Assembly: GCA_051362555.1 (NCBI GenBank)
Contig: CM120641.1
Span: 21,018,001-21,082,000 of the forward strand
Direction of reading: 5' to 3'
Origin: Lingula anatina
Lineage: Eukaryota; Animalia; Brachiopoda
DNA: 64,000 nucleotides
The notes beneath the pieces were generated by a model. That model was not told where the DNA came from and made no database searches. It saw only the letters and a program-made list of their open reading frames with translations. Shown here in pieces: positions 13,849 through 28,177 of the stretch (its first letter is position 1; every line of letters begins with the position of its first letter). Made by a program: the position numbers and the translations under genes.

Positions 13849-16800
13849 CTGCATTTATTGAATGCTTCAAAGAGCTATTGGAGACTGGGAGCTTCATAGC
13901 CAGTGTATGAACTACAAACACTCACCATTTTTAGCCTTTTCACAACATTGACTAAAAACATTTTTTAGATTTATCTATAAATCTAGGAACTAAAGCAATC
14001 TTCCTGATTGCACCCACCCAGTACAAATTTGCTTGAGTTATGCAGTCAGCAGAGTGAGTGGATGAACAGGGATTCCACAACTCGGGATACCAAAATCTAC
14101 ACAGTGTGACCAAAAAATGCCTTTCAGAAATCTATGTGCTGGTGGTGTTGTTTATCTCCACCAAGGAGAAAGTTGTTTTTTTTATTGGCATCTGTTTCAT
14201 TGTTACTGACAAGACTGCTAAAAGGATCATCACAAATTTTGATGAATTTTTAATGATAGACCATTATTTGAGAGGGGAAAAACAGCAGAAAGAGTTAATA
14301 ATAATGAGTTTGAAAAAGTAACTGGTAACAGGGTTAGACGTTATAATGCAATATTGAGGAGGAATTTTTAATCACATATGCTTACTTGTCTCTGTTGACA
14401 AAAGACTGCAGGTATTATCAAATTATTTCTCATGTCTTTTAAACTATCTCCACTTCATGTCAAAATATTTTCAATGAGTTAAATGGATCAAATCAATTAC
14501 TTCTATTTTGCATTATGAAAGGTATACATTTTGTGTACAATTTCCCCATCTTCAGATACAATACCATTACTAACTTGTAAAGACAAGAAATAAAGCATGA
14601 AACATCCCAAATTTCCTGAGGTAATTGATATTATGTGAGACAAAGTCTGGTTTATAGATGCCTGCATGACTTCCTTTCATGTGTTCTTCAATACCTGATA
14701 ATGCTATGAACATAATATCTGCAATATTACCCAAACCACCGTAGATTCTGAACCTTGACTTTTCATCTAAAAATCCAATAAATGTATTTTTATTGTATAT
14801 ATATCATTTTCTTTTGTATACATCTATTATATTTCCCACTTTTTTCTTACCTTAAAAAAACAAAAACTTTCATATGTATATAATCTAAATTTCACAACAT
14901 ATAACATGAATTAGACCTCAGCAGTGATCTAGCTTCAGGTAAAAAAATCTGATGTATCATTGCATGAAAAAACACATCACAACCAAAAAGAAGTTTTTAG
15001 TGAAAATGTACATGGATAGTAAAGAGAAAGTGGTAGAGACATCAACAATAATAAATAGCAGCCCAACTCATCTCAGATAAAAGACAAACTAAATACAGTA
15101 CTTCTACAACAAAGAACTTTAAGTTTACACAGACATGTATACATATAAAAAATGTCAGGAATCATGAAGGTACCGGTCTGCCCTGCCAAACCTAGGGAAA
15201 AGTTTAACTCAGCACAAACCACACAAAACTCACACAATGAAAAAGGATGGGCAGTTCTTATAATTGTCATGGAAACAAATATATTTTTCATGTCCAATTA
15301 CTATCTTTCTGACATTTCAGGCTGACAGGGATCTCCATAAGTCACTTAGGTTATCTTCTACAGAAGATCTCTCAAGATGAAACAAACCACATTATAGTTT
15401 GTTGCACTAACCTGTTTACAATGGGAATCATCCAAGAAACACCAAAGCCTCACAACTTATCGTAAAAAAAATCAAGTGGTATTTTGCCAGACTTGGAAGA
15501 GAGTGGGGACAGAAATAATGACAGACAGGTCAGTGCCATGTGGCAATCAGTAAAAGCTGACAGAATTTATCCACATATTTTGCTGGTTTGGTCTAATTTC
15601 AGTCTTTTGCACCAAGTTACTAGTATTGTATTCCCTGTATGTTTTGTGTTTTACTTTTGTACGTATTGCTTTCTAAGACAGTTTGCTATGCATCATACAG
15701 ATTCTCGCACATTTTCTAGTCTTGTACTATAGTTGACAGCCTTGCTTTAAGCTATCTCAGCTGATTTCCACTGCACATGCAGCAACTGGTAAAACAAATG
15801 TGATTTCAAAAAAATACATAAAATTCAATCATTATTTCTTTTTGCCTTGGCAGATGATATTTAATTCTGGTGGGAATTAAAATGAAAAAAATGTATTTAT
15901 GCTGCTTAGATAATTAGTTCTATTATATAACAATGTTAGACACAGCAGCGTAATGTAATAACTGAAGCACAGTTTCCAAACATTGGAAACCTGATAAGAA
16001 ATTTGCTGTTAAACCAATCAGTAGAAATTTACTTTTTAATCAACATCTAGGCACTTGAGGCTCAAGAATAAGACAAGGTCTTCTTCCCATAATAAACAAA
16101 ATGATGCCCTTTGTCAGCAGTCTAATAAGCTTACAATAAAAATCAATTAAACTTAGTGTTTTAATTAATTATTTTACAAAGAGATGGTTAAAGGATGTCC
16201 AGTATTCATTACACCATGGCTGAAGTGTTATCATATTATTTCCTCCTTCTAGATTTTTTCTCCTCCTGTCACTCTCACTATCTTTCTCGCTCTCCTTCTC
16301 CACATTATTATGAAGCACAATCATGTTCAAATAATTCTGCCATATGAGCTGCTTCATTTATTCTATATTTATACTTTTTCTCCCACACTTAGCTATCAAA
16401 CCACCATTTACCTAGAGTAACATGTGAAGGGCATGGTAAAAAATTAATTTTGCATATGATTTAAAGAAATCAGTCTTTGCTTTGGTAATAGAAGCCTCAA
16501 TTATGTAGTGCGTGCTATTTACTTTGCTAATTTTAGTCCTTCTATTGAATTTCTCTGTGAAAAGCAAAGATTTACTGACACAAAAAGAATGCTGACAAAT
16601 CAGAAATATACGTCACTGTGAAAGGTCAGACTGTAGTGCTTGCGTCAAGAGGAGTCCATTTCTAGACAATTTGTATTGATGACTTGTCTACAACCAACAG
16701 AATGTAATGAATTCATAGGATAAATTTGTTTCAGACAGGATCTCAAGGGGGATTAGAGTTGCTCTTAATTCCTTTGGATCTCAAAAATAACTTTAAGATA

Positions 16801-17054
16801 AGCTTAATATATAATTTTAAAAATTCAGTATACATACATACTATAAGTGATACAAAGGATTCTTCCAGGTTCTGACCATCAGGCCATTTCAGTTCCCCAG
16901 TGATAAATAAAAAAAATCACATCATTTGCAAGTCACTGCCTTAGAAGACAGGGTGGAAGAGGGGTTCCAGAGAGTGCACCAGGGACTTAAAAACCTGTAA
17001 AAATTGAAACCCTGTGACACTACATAAAAATTACAATTGAAAAAGTTCACTTAC

Positions 17055-17652
17055 CTGTTAATTGTATTCTGATTTCTGGCTTTTTCCGCGCTTCTCTCTT
17101 TCCCCCCTTTTCTTTACTGACAGTAAGAATCTCACTGGCACTAGCAGTGTCCCTAGAAAAAGGTGCCACAGCATCGGGATCTGGGCTTTGTGAGGGCCCA
17201 TCTGAAGAAGAAGACTTGGTCCACGGAAAATGTGTTTTATGACCACCATCAACAGAAACACTACTGGGGGACTTGGAAGGAACGTGAGAAGGAGTACTGT
17301 TAGCTGGTGAAGAAGTCAATTTTGATGTACTGTGTCCAAAAAACAATGGAGATCTTGGGCGCTGTCCAAACGGTGATGGTGACCTGCTTCCACTTTGACT
17401 CGATCCAGCGGATGGGGATTTGCTGGCTGGGCTAGAAGGCGAATTAACTCCATTTTGTTTAATTGTCAACGATGATAAGGATGGTGGTTTTGAACCTTTT
17501 TTATCCACTATTCCTTTACCTTCCTTTGGTGATTTTTCCTTTGAATCTACCACACTTGACAAGGTATCAACATGAGGGTGTGCCTTTTTATCCATCTTAA
17601 CTCTCCCACTTTCCTTTGGTGTTTTCTCTTTTGACTCCATGTTAGATGACAT
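17055..17652 (-). CDS. RASGRP: Probable first coding exon of the RasGRP-like gene (Ser/Pro/Lys-rich N-terminal extension); whole exon probably 17055-18024 including 5' UTR
   Basis: About 199 open codons from ATG (MSSNMESKEKTP...) to ACA G|gtaagt, phase 1, which matches the phase-1 acceptor at 5399. Upstream acceptor ttctctcttacag at 18025. Linkage to RasGRP is inferred from strand and phase. Confidence 0.7.
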
Positions 17653-20533
17653 ACCTCTGCACAAGAGTACTTTTCTGAGAATGAAGGAGAAAACTCGGGT
17701 CCCTTTCCAACATTGTCCCGCTGGAGTACTCAATCAATTTGCACCCAACCATTCCACTTGGCAAGTGTTGCTTAAGCTTGCTGATGGCTAAGTAATTTAA
17801 CAAGTAGGTAGCCATGTCTCGCATTGACTTCTATGCAATTACACACATAGTTTTATTGACCAAAGTATCCAAATCGTAGCCTTTTTTACAAAAGGTATAA
17901 TCAGCAGATGGTGGACTCCAGTCGTGAGCTGTCCCCTGTCCTATTTAGTTGTCATCCTAACTCGAGTTCAGGTACTTGCAGCTGTTCTATAGACTAACTT
18001 CATACTTGAGCCTGCGCATACACCCTGTAAGAGAGAATATAGATCAATTTAAGTGGTTCAATATGAGAAATAGATAATAAAAATTCCTTAGGCCTGTGTA
18101 AAGGCAAGTGGTTTATGACCTGCTCCTGACACTAGGGTGCTGGAAAACAAATAAATCTCAGATAAATTATTCTTTGCAATGCAAATACATCTTCTCCAAG
18201 AAGTTCCCTTTTATTTGAGAAAACATACACTGAAATATGTGATATTATAAGATTTGTCAAAAAAAAAACTGCAAGATGAGATAAATTGCCCTTCAGAATA
18301 TTCAATGTTCACAAAGATATTAAAATTTATAAAAAGACTTTTTAAAACTGCATATATGCACATGTTCTAGTGTAAATGCATGCATGCACACATTCTTGCC
18401 TGGTCATTTAATTGTCCATATGTGCATGCATGGGCACATAAATACCAAAAAGGGATAAAATGTTTCAGCATATCTGTATGTGAATTCAAAATACGATAAT
18501 GAATTAAAAATTAGAATGTGATACACATTGTATGATGCTGAAATAAAATTCAGCAAAATGCCCAATGTATCATAAGGAGTCTCAGTTATGAATATAGCTA
18601 AATAACCTGAATACAATACTCCTTCAGAAAATAAAAACCTTATTTTCTAACTTTCTAACTCTCATGATCTTCAGACATGACAGGCAGAAATCAGAAACCC
18701 CGGCCCTGTGCTACCAATTCTGAGAACTGCCACGAGAAAATCTCGACTCAATTGAGGCCTGCAGCTCAATTACAATCCAGGTCAATCATGCAATATTGCA
18801 GTTTGGTTTATATCTGTTTAAATCATGCATCAAATCATATGAAGCCTTGTATCCGATCCCTCTCTGCATATACTCCTGGTCTCCATGAATTTGTGAACCC
18901 ACATTTTACTGCAAAGCACTCATATAGCCAGTACTGAGGAAAACAATATAATAAAATGCATTTCAGGTCAATGCAGTTGTCTCGTAAACCTTCACTTTAT
19001 CCTAAAAGGAGTTGAAATACCCAGCCAGCATGTGCGTGCTATCTTTTTTCCAGGTCATTATGCATGTATTCCAATGCATTAATTTATAAAATATAACCAC
19101 AATAAAATATAATCGAGCATGTATTTGAAGAAACAAAATGGAAATTTTTCATTTTTTCTTTTTTTTTTCATTTTAGTGACGAAATCAAAAGAAAAATATT
19201 GGTATACACACTATACCTTTCAGTTGATATAAATATCTAATTTTTAAGTTTTCTTAAGTCAAATACTATACTGAGAATGTCTTCTAGATTGGTATCAGCT
19301 ATGCCATCATCTTTTAGTTTAAGACAGAGATTGCATATCATGAGCTAGGTTGATTGTGTGCTATATTGATGAACAACTCCAAAGCTGCTGCACAAAGAAC
19401 TTCCCATTTCCTTGTGTACAAGTAAGTTTAAATTCATTCTTCAATATTTCTTATTTGCACTCCATAAACAGCTTATATCTTGCCATTTCTGCCCAATAAT
19501 CTGCGCTTTGTTGAAATATCAGTTGTTTGACTAAAGCCAAAAGTAACCAACACCATCTCAAGTCAATTTCCACATCACTTTATCCATATTTATTGGCCTT
19601 CGCTGAAATTATTTCTTTTTTTTTTTTAATTTTTTGTTTAAAATACCCCTGTTATATAGCCATCAACTCCTAGAATTTCTCGTCATTCCCCATTAAATTA
19701 ACCCATTAGGGGTTGTCATTGATTTTTCAGGAATTAATTCTAATATTTGTTAACTAGTGAATGTATGGTAGTCTAATTAAATAAATTGCCTCTGGAGATT
19801 TTGTTCCCTGCTGGGACCGTAAAAGAGAATCAATCATATTTTAGCCATATTGTACAATCTTCTCATCCATGTTTTATACAGGGAGTGATTTTAAATATTA
19901 CTTATATCTTTTATATATTTTCTTGATCTTGGTAGGTTTATCTAATGATACACGTAGATGAAAAAGAAGCTAAATTACATATCTGATAACAGAACTACTC
20001 CACTCGGGTTTAATTCCTAACATTACCTTCGTTTTGTTTATTTTTAGCTGAACTGCAAAAATACCTTAAACATTCTAAGATCTCCATTTTTTCAAATCTT
20101 TTTCATCTTATCCATTCACAATTTTTCACTTTATAAAACAATTTAAACAGGTAATGTAACTGAACACAAAAAAAGTGTATCTTGGCCTAAAACTGACATA
20201 TAATGGTTTCTCCAATTCTCTGCTATTATTATTGGTCATTTGCCTGTATAGCCACGACTGGTGATCAATTGAAATACAGGACAGAAAAGATCATCAGCGT
20301 ACATAATATGCTACAGAGCTGTCTCTTGGGACTTGGCAATGTTACAGAGATTACATGCTTTCAACCCAGAGAGCATAATACCCATGCAACAAACATATTA
20401 TCTTACAATGAGAATTTCCAGCAAAAAAAAAATGAGCACTCCAGCAAGCAGTGCATGGCTCCACTAGAGTAAAGTCCTAACTTCGTGTTTCAATTACAAA
20501 TGAAACTGATTCTGGCTGGAATGAGATAAATAT

Positions 20534-20702
20534 CAGGGGCGGATTTAGGGGGTCTTCTGGGTCTTCCGGAAGACGGTCAGATTTTCAAGTTTACATTGAC
20601 GGGTATCTAATTATTTCTGTCGGAAGACGGTCAAAAAATGGAGGATGGATCAACAAAGATAATTTTGAAGACTGTCAGAAAATAACTCTGGATCCGCCCC
20701 TG
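20534..20702. mobile_element. hAT-like MITE
   Basis: TIR CAGGGGCGGAT...ATCCGCCCCTG; ATAAATA(T) on both flanks (TSD offset by one base). Confidence 0.8.
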
Positions 20703-21909
20703 AATAAATATGATACCTTCCCTGATGTCATTACTACCCACCTGTGTCTTTAAACAATACTGCTTTCTTCGCGAATCACAAACACAGTAACAAAGAATTC
20801 TTAACTACATGCATGTTGTCTAATACTCTTTTCTACAAAGCCAATATATGGGCTATATGCTTTGATCTGTACTCAGAGAGACATTTACCACCATGCTGTT
20901 GTGCTCTGCATAAGTCTTCTATAATGATAACTACCTGATCCAGTTTTTGTCTTCCTAATCAACCTTATTCCAAGAAATAACTGACAGTTGGCCATTTAGC
21001 TTGTCCTAACCTCTTCTTTCTCCTATGTTCAAACTACAAATTGCTTAGTCCAATTAATATCTGGCATCCTTCAGACAAAGCAAGCTGCTGCCACTAATCT
21101 AGCACAATTACTTCCATTTCATTTACCTACAACTATACACAGACTGCTACTCTAATATTCATTGATTTTAGCTCTGTTTTTGCACGTTAATCTATTACAT
21201 GTTCAGTCCAGTGCCTCCATGTTTGTTCTAGGACACAGAACAAATAAACCTATCATGGGATAAGAATACACATTGCCGGAAATCCTATTGCTTTACCTTA
21301 GTCACATTGAACTAAATATTTTATTGAAAATTTTTATCAACAAAGTTTGTAACATTTCAACAAACCTGCGGGTTAAGTCTCATCAGGCACTCTACCACAT
21401 CCATATGTTATAAGCTCTTGCTCTACGCTACATAAAATCACGCCAAATTAATTGTTAAATTCACAATAAAAGTTTTTTCAATCAAGGGCTGAAGGAGGGT
21501 AATTTCACCTTCAAATCATTGCATTGGATTATTAAGCTCTTTACCAAATTAATTGTTAAAAAAAGGCTAATCTGTAAAGGAAAAACGACCACCGAAAAAA
21601 CCTGCAGTAGACAGCATCACACTATTCCACACAGTGAATTGTGTCCCCAAGGATATTAAATTTTTTATTTGACCTATAAATATTTACTTTCAAAGTTAAA
21701 TTATAGTGCATGTGTACCTTCATCAGCTGTCGATAAACTAAACTGTAACATCACTCAATATTTCAATTAAAAATGCTTTCAAACAAACAGATGAAAGCAT
21801 GGCACTAACATGCATTTTAGTTAAAATAAAAGATTCCAGTTTATATGAAGCAATTATTAAAATATTGAAACAGATAAAAAAAAAACAAAAATATACCTCT
21901 TTGTGCTTA

Positions 21910-21935
21910 CTCTCTCTCTCTTTCTCTCTCTGTCG

Positions 21936-21971
<36 letters not shown>

Positions 21972-21988
21972 ATGTGTGTGTGTGTGTG
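21910..21988. repeat. (CT)n/(TG)n microsatellite
   Basis: Directly visible. Confidence 0.95.
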
Positions 21989-24568
21989 ATGCACTCACTC
22001 ATAAATCAAGATTACACTTGCAGATGACATGCAATTTCTCTCTCCCACACTCACCAAATTTGCCTAAGTGCATCTACATTTTTGCACTACCATATATCAA
22101 GTATCTATTTTGGGAGCTTCCTACTTGAATTTTTGGCTATATTTAAGGCCATGTCTAAAATTAACCCTCTTTTGATGAATCGTTTCCAAATGTATACCTT
22201 GTTTTATTTCATGCAAGTCCTGAAAATGATCTCACTGGCATTTTTGCAGGTGTAGTGTGCTTCACCTGGTTGCCTTCCCAAGCTATCTCTTCAATTCAGT
22301 TTTCCTTTGTTGTTATAAAAAAGGCTGATCATGTTGCTAAGCAGTGGAAGGGCAATGCTCCTGTTGGCCTCCTTTTTCCCTTGCACATTCAAACTTTCCC
22401 ACCTTCCCTGAGGCCAGTTTCACAAAAGAACTAAAAACTGAAAGTTGGTCTAACATTTAGACCTGATTTTAGTCTAATTTAACTCAGGAAAAATGTGCAT
22501 AAGTCTACAGAAATAGGCAGCTATTGGTGCAGAATAATTGCCACATTTCTTTGCCTTTGATAAAATCAGTGATTTGCATGGTCACAGTTTTTTTTTTTTT
22601 ATATATAAGATCTAGAGTTAGGCATAAGCATCTTATTACTGCATGACGAACAGTTTGTATGTCTGTAGTCCACATTGCCAACACATGAAATTATATATCA
22701 TGCAGGGTTTTTTTATCAAACAACCACATAAATTTAGTAAATAAGTGCTGTTTTCAGGATTCGGTTTTGTCTTATTCAGGTAGCACTGAATTTTGCTGAA
22801 ATTAGCAGATTCATGCACAACTATAAGTTCTATTGTTTGGCTTAGATTTAAAATTTCTGCATGATGTAATAAAGCCAAGGTTTCTTGTAGTAATAGTGTT
22901 TGCAACAATGTATCAAGCAATGTTTATCCAGGCTGGGGCTGAACTATCCAATTTGCAAAGAAATTGCTACTCCTTTTTGCCCAAAACATTTAACTACAGA
23001 TAGCACTGTGAGAGCACTGACCTACACCAACTTGAAGGCAAAATGTAAGTAATAATGGTATAAAATAAAAAAATTATTTTTTAAAATCTGTTGAAGATGT
23101 AGATTCAGACGAAACTGTATTCATCTCTTTCCTTCCATCTTTCAATCTTGAAAATTACACAATCATTTTAGAACATTTTGGGGTATCGTGTCCACAAACA
23201 AATAAACAGAAAACACTCAAACAAGCAAGTGCTGTTGAAAATATTGGCAGAGGTAGTAGGGTGCTCTTTTCCAAATACTAGCCTGACAGAACAGGAAAAA
23301 CACTAACCCTAGACAACCTTTTCCCATCACATACACACGCATTGATAATGATACAATGACATAATTTCTTATCAGGCTGAAGTTTGCCGAGTTGAGAGCA
23401 AGGCCCTGGCAGTTGACATTATCATAATGGATTCTAATACCTGTGCATAAAAAGGTGACACTTAATTCAACCCATTAAAATGCACCTCCCATGTACTTAA
23501 ACTAGACAATCTGAGACTTATATTTAAACTGAAGATATAGTAGATTCTTAGTCTGAATTCTAAGTGATTTGAAAAAACTTGAGTTGTTACTCTAGAAATT
23601 TAGGGACTTGAGTGCATCTCCCTGCCTATATAATTTCTAAGCCTATCCATCTCTTATAGCAAATGGCGCATTATGCTGACGGATATACTCAGAAGTTATA
23701 GGATGATTGTTGTACATAACAGGGTTTGCAGTCAAGCTTTTAAAAAAGTGAAATGCTTTTGTTTAAAAAAAAAACTGTCTGAAAATGTTTTTACCTTTTC
23801 CCTCTAATAAAAATCCCTGCCAATGTAGGAGGTGATCTTTTCATCAGTATTGGTTTGTTTTTTAGTGAGCAAGATGTTTCAAACAGTTCTTCGCAAATTT
23901 TGATGAAATTTTCAGGATAGATATAGTTATTCCAGGATATAAAAGTGATCGCTTTCAGGCTAAATGTAGTTATTCCAGGATTTAAAAAAAAAAAGATCAC
24001 AAGTTCAATCTAATACAGATCTGCTAATAAACTAAAAGAATCTTTTATTTCTTTAAATTCTATTATTATTAACATATTGTTTTGGCAAAGGTCTGTGCTT
24101 TCCGTTATGCTCTCTAGTTGATTATGCAATGGACAGTGCATCTTCACTAAAGCATTCTTTTGTTTCCATCAGTCAAGCACCTCTTGAAGGCAGACAAAAG
24201 CTTTTAAGGAAAAGTCTATTGTCCCACTGCACAATTCATATATCCAGAGACACACGCACCTGCATCCACAGACATACAGGTGCAAATGGAAAAAAACTAA
24301 AGATGCATGTGAAACAGGCAACTTCATCTGGTAGCAAACTTACGCAATGAATTTTATTTGTATACACCAGCTTCTAGGCAGATGCTCAATGTAAACTATG
24401 CAATTATAATTATAACAGGTGTGCATTGCAGAAATCTATCTTTACACAGTGAGTCTATACTTTCTTTGTCAAAAAATAAATGCAATACGTATGGATTCTT
24501 ACACTTGTCCTATTCATCAGGCAAATCAGATCCTTCACTACTTCTGAACCATTTCTATCAGGCTGCAA

Positions 24569-24705
24569 CCTGAGTTTCAGAAGACACTGGAAACACGCCT
24601 CTCTACTATCAACATACCTCTGCCATTACCTGTAACAGTAACTGAAAATGGCCCAGGCATGCCAATGTTAGAGAGGCCAGTTTCCAGTGTCACCTGAAAC
24701 TCAGG
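24569..24705. repeat. Inverted repeat (MITE-like hairpin) followed by a 21-bp tandem duplication
   Basis: cctgagtttcagaagacactggaaac..gcctctcta pairs with tagagaggc..gtttccagtgtcacctgaaactcagg; tgaaactcaggg(c/t)gaacaggt is repeated to about 24742. Confidence 0.75.
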
Positions 24706-26084
24706 GCGAACAGGTTGAAACTCAGGGTGAACAGGTTGAAACCATTGGCTCACCTGTAAGCTTTACTCTTGCCAATGATAAGGGTGCTTAAGGTAAGACA
24801 TTTCTACCTAAATATAACTCAACTAGCAGTTCAAAATAGCAACAACTGACAAGAGGCTGAACATTTCAATTAAATCACTTTAGCTCACAGTGAAGCATAA
24901 CATTTCTCCGTACTTAGCTTCAAATTTTGAGGACCACAGGAATAGTTAAAGATGTGAAAATCTTAGGGTTTCATGTCATAATCTAAAAGACATTACGTGA
25001 CAAATTCAAGATAAACTCTTAGTACCTTTTGAGATCTTACCATCTTACCGTTGCCTTAGTGACTTAGCTACATAATCAGCTGCATGATCACCCAAAGCTT
25101 CTACTCTCTTGCTAGCCTTTCTTAATATAAAGCTTATCTTCTCTTAGGCACAGAATAAATAATGCAATGCACCTAAGTTCCAAATGATTGTTTTTTATTT
25201 TCAAAAACAAGGAAATACCAACATTTAGAGTCTTCAGAAAATCAAATATATATATTTTGGATTTCTCATAACTTAATCTGTCAGCAGAATCTGGTAATTA
25301 ACTAATGAGGAACTTCCCCATTCACTTCAAAGGGAAGGTAGTCTAATCAACTCTTTATTCGTGTGCATTGTGGAGAGCAGTCTCTTTCCTATAAATATTT
25401 CATAGTAATGACACATGATATCAATGACCAAATTAAACTGATCTCTTTACTGTCCAGTTGTCATTAGGATTGGGGGCATTTTCAAGTAAATTGGGTGAAA
25501 AATGAAAGATTAAAAAAAACTGCAAAACGTCAAGAAAACTGGTCTGCTATTTAAACTTGACCAGTATTTTTGTGCCATAAATCAATCCACTTACTAGTAG
25601 TTTAAGGATAATAAGTCACAAGGTTTTCCATATGTTGCCTTAACCATAAAAAGTGGACAGCAACAACAGATGCAGGTGATGGCCATTATGTAGCGACACA
25701 TTGTACAAATAAACTTGCATAATAAGATATTACCACACAACTGATACTGGTGAAATGTATGGAAAAGAGGTATCAAGGCTGACATATATACAGGCATAAG
25801 CAAAGAAATGCAAAGGACTAAATTAAGTGACATGTAGGCAAGATGGATAACAAAAGAGCTTAGGAAACTCTAACAAATATAAGAAATCAGCAATTTTCAC
25901 CTCTACAACAGGTTCGCCATCTGTTCACAATCCCTTGTGGCTTTCTGCATGACCAACCATCAATACACAATACTTAATCAGCACATCTTTCATGTTGAAA
26001 GTTGCTATCAGTAGAACACAACAGCTTGTGTAACAATGGCATTATCCTGTATGAGTAAACCTTGCACCAACTTACAACAGAAAT

Positions 26085-26123
<39 letters not shown>

Positions 26124-26454
26124 AGTAATTATTTGACATTACAAAAGAAGTGAGTGAATTACAAATATGCAAATAAGTCACAACATAAATCCAAGTAATC
26201 AAATAACCAAAATCAAAATAAGATACAATTTAAACATGTTACAACCCCCTATGTTGCACAATATATTGGTTTTAAAAAACAACAGGACAAGCCAATGTCT
26301 TAAGTGAAAACTTACCAAATATGTTAATTTTCAAACTCAACCAGCCTTTTCACCAAACAAAACTTTCCAGCCAATTTTGAGTAAATGAAAATTTGTTTTG
26401 GCAGTTGTATAAATACATGAGCAAAAAAAAAAATTCCTTGAAAATGCTGATTCT

Positions 26455-26651
26455 TTAGGGTGATTCTTCCTGGCGGGGAGTCTCACTAGATTACTGTCAG
26501 ATAATCCGGCATAAATGTCCATCCCGCCCACTACCAGCTGTAAGGGGGTAATTAACTTTCTTGCCTGCTCGGCTGACAGCTATTTAGCGTGAATCCCCAA
26601 GGAGTAAGGTCAATCTAAAGTAGATCGATCTAATCTCTGGGAATGGGGTCT
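26455..26651. mobile_element. MITE, inverted copy of the 38789-39002 family (left end degraded)
   Basis: Reverse-complement match over about 190 bp, including gtaagggggtaattaacttt, gctgacagctatttagcgtgaa and tagatcgatctaatct. Confidence 0.8.
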
Positions 26652-26931
26652 TTAACTCAACCACCCTAGAAAAGTGGGTTTAGCCCCATTTGGGGACATG
26701 CCAGTCCTTCAATGGTACTCGCTGTCTCCTCACTTGACACTCAGCACATACGGGTTAAAGTACCTGGGCCCAGTAACTCGAAAGCATCGCGCATTGCGAC
26801 TGAGCGCAAGCATCTCGATTCCATAACTCACCCATACTTGCCCCATATAATACATTGTAGCCTCTATGTGATATTGCTATTCACAATGCGTGATACTTTC
26901 AAGTTACGGGGCCCTGGTCTGGCTGTGAAAA

Positions 26932-27379
26932 AGGGCATTCAGAACAAGTTGATCCACAGAGTAACAGATCTATATCCTCACCATTGCTGCAGGGACCTTG
27001 TAATTAAGGCTTCGTTCACATGAAAAATCTATTTTCTAAAGATCTATTTTCTTTTCGCGGTATCTTGTGATCACGGTCTGTGCTCTGAATACCCCGCGGC
27101 GTAATTACTGGCAGCGCGAGCCAGTTACTTCCAAAGCTGTAATTAATTCTCGGCTGCGCTCGGAGTGATCACAAGATACCGCAAATAGAAAATAGATTTT
27201 TAGAAAATAGATTTTTCATGTGAACGGAGTCTAAACCTCCGAGCTGAGATTTGATCCGATTAATGGCTCGTGAAGACAGGGAGAACATCAGTGGATTAAA
27301 TGGCACTGCTTTAAGTGGGGTCCGCCATATTTGGTCAGTGGATCAGTTAGTCTGCTGATCATGAGTTTTGAATACGCTC
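26932..27379. mobile_element. Older Harbinger-like MITE (related to 50187-50371) containing the 27008 MITE
   Basis: Imperfect TIRs gggcattcagaac..gatccacagagtaacagatc and gatcagttagtctgctgatc..gttttgaatacgctc; right part shares gccatatttg..gatc.gttagtc.gctg with 50325-50357. Confidence 0.55.
27008..27231. mobile_element. PIF/Harbinger (Tourist-like) MITE
   Basis: TIRs of about 64 bp (ggcttcgttcacatgaaaaatctatttt...gtgatcac) with a TAA target-site duplication. Confidence 0.9.
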
Positions 27380-27983
27380 AAAGATATTGTTTGTGTGCTA
27401 GTTTTAAGCGCCTCCTGTGCCAGATGGGCTATATCCTCCTTAGAGAAGTGAGATTGTCTATATATCCAGTCTGAATCAGGGCCAAGAAATATGTCAGGCA
27501 TATCTATTGTACACATCTATTGTAAAAAGCACTGAGACATAGTGGAAGCCGGTGTATATAAGAACCAGACTTCAGGTTAAATTAACTTTTTTCCAAACAA
27601 GGTCACTCAAAAAATTGAAGAAAAAAGTTGGTGTGGCAGTTATGGGGTGAAAGTCCCAAAATTACATGCAAAAAAGCCAATTATTTTACAAAAATAATGA
27701 GAGCATGCTGATTTTTTAACTCAGACTTCATTTTTACTTTAACAAGGATACCTATTAAATTTGAAGTAAAGCAAAAATACGGTAATGGGGTGAATGTTGC
27801 CAAAATGCATGCAAAAAAAAATGTCATACTAATAAATAAAAACAAAACCTCAGCATAAATCTAAAGTAAAACAAAAAAAAAAAAAGATTGGTTGTATTTT
27901 ATGAACAAATGTGTGAGACATCAACACAGACAGCTACTGCACTGAACATAGACACAGGTAATCAGAACATATACAGACACTTA

Positions 27984-28174
27984 GAGCACATTCTCAACGA
28001 ATTAAGCCAGGCTTTACAAAGCCGGTGACCTAAAAATGGCGGATGTACATGAAAGAAAAACCGCCTAATCTTTTAATAGTCTCTCCGCCTCCCAACACGT
28101 CGTCCCTGCGTTGTACAGTAATTAAATCGCGTCTCCGTTCGCAAAGTCTGGCTTAATTCGTTGAGAATGCGCTC
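27984..28174. mobile_element. PIF/Harbinger-like MITE
   Basis: TIR gagc(a/g)cattctcaacgaattaagccag, TTA on both sides. Confidence 0.9.
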
Positions 28175-28177
28175 TTA

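Larger units (their letters stand above)
26710..27570 (+). mobile_element. Probable decayed SINE interrupted by nested MITEs
   Basis: Body aatggtactcgctgtctcctcacttgacactcagca and tail tgtaaaaagcactgagaca...ggtgtatataagaac resemble invertebrate SINEs with L2-like 3' tails (recognised by eye). Confidence 0.4.

Noticed and set aside
13654-13921. YIYI-rich and HTHT/VCVC-rich ORFs (also 21738-22128 and the first part of 50580-50915)
   Set aside because: Microsatellite translations.
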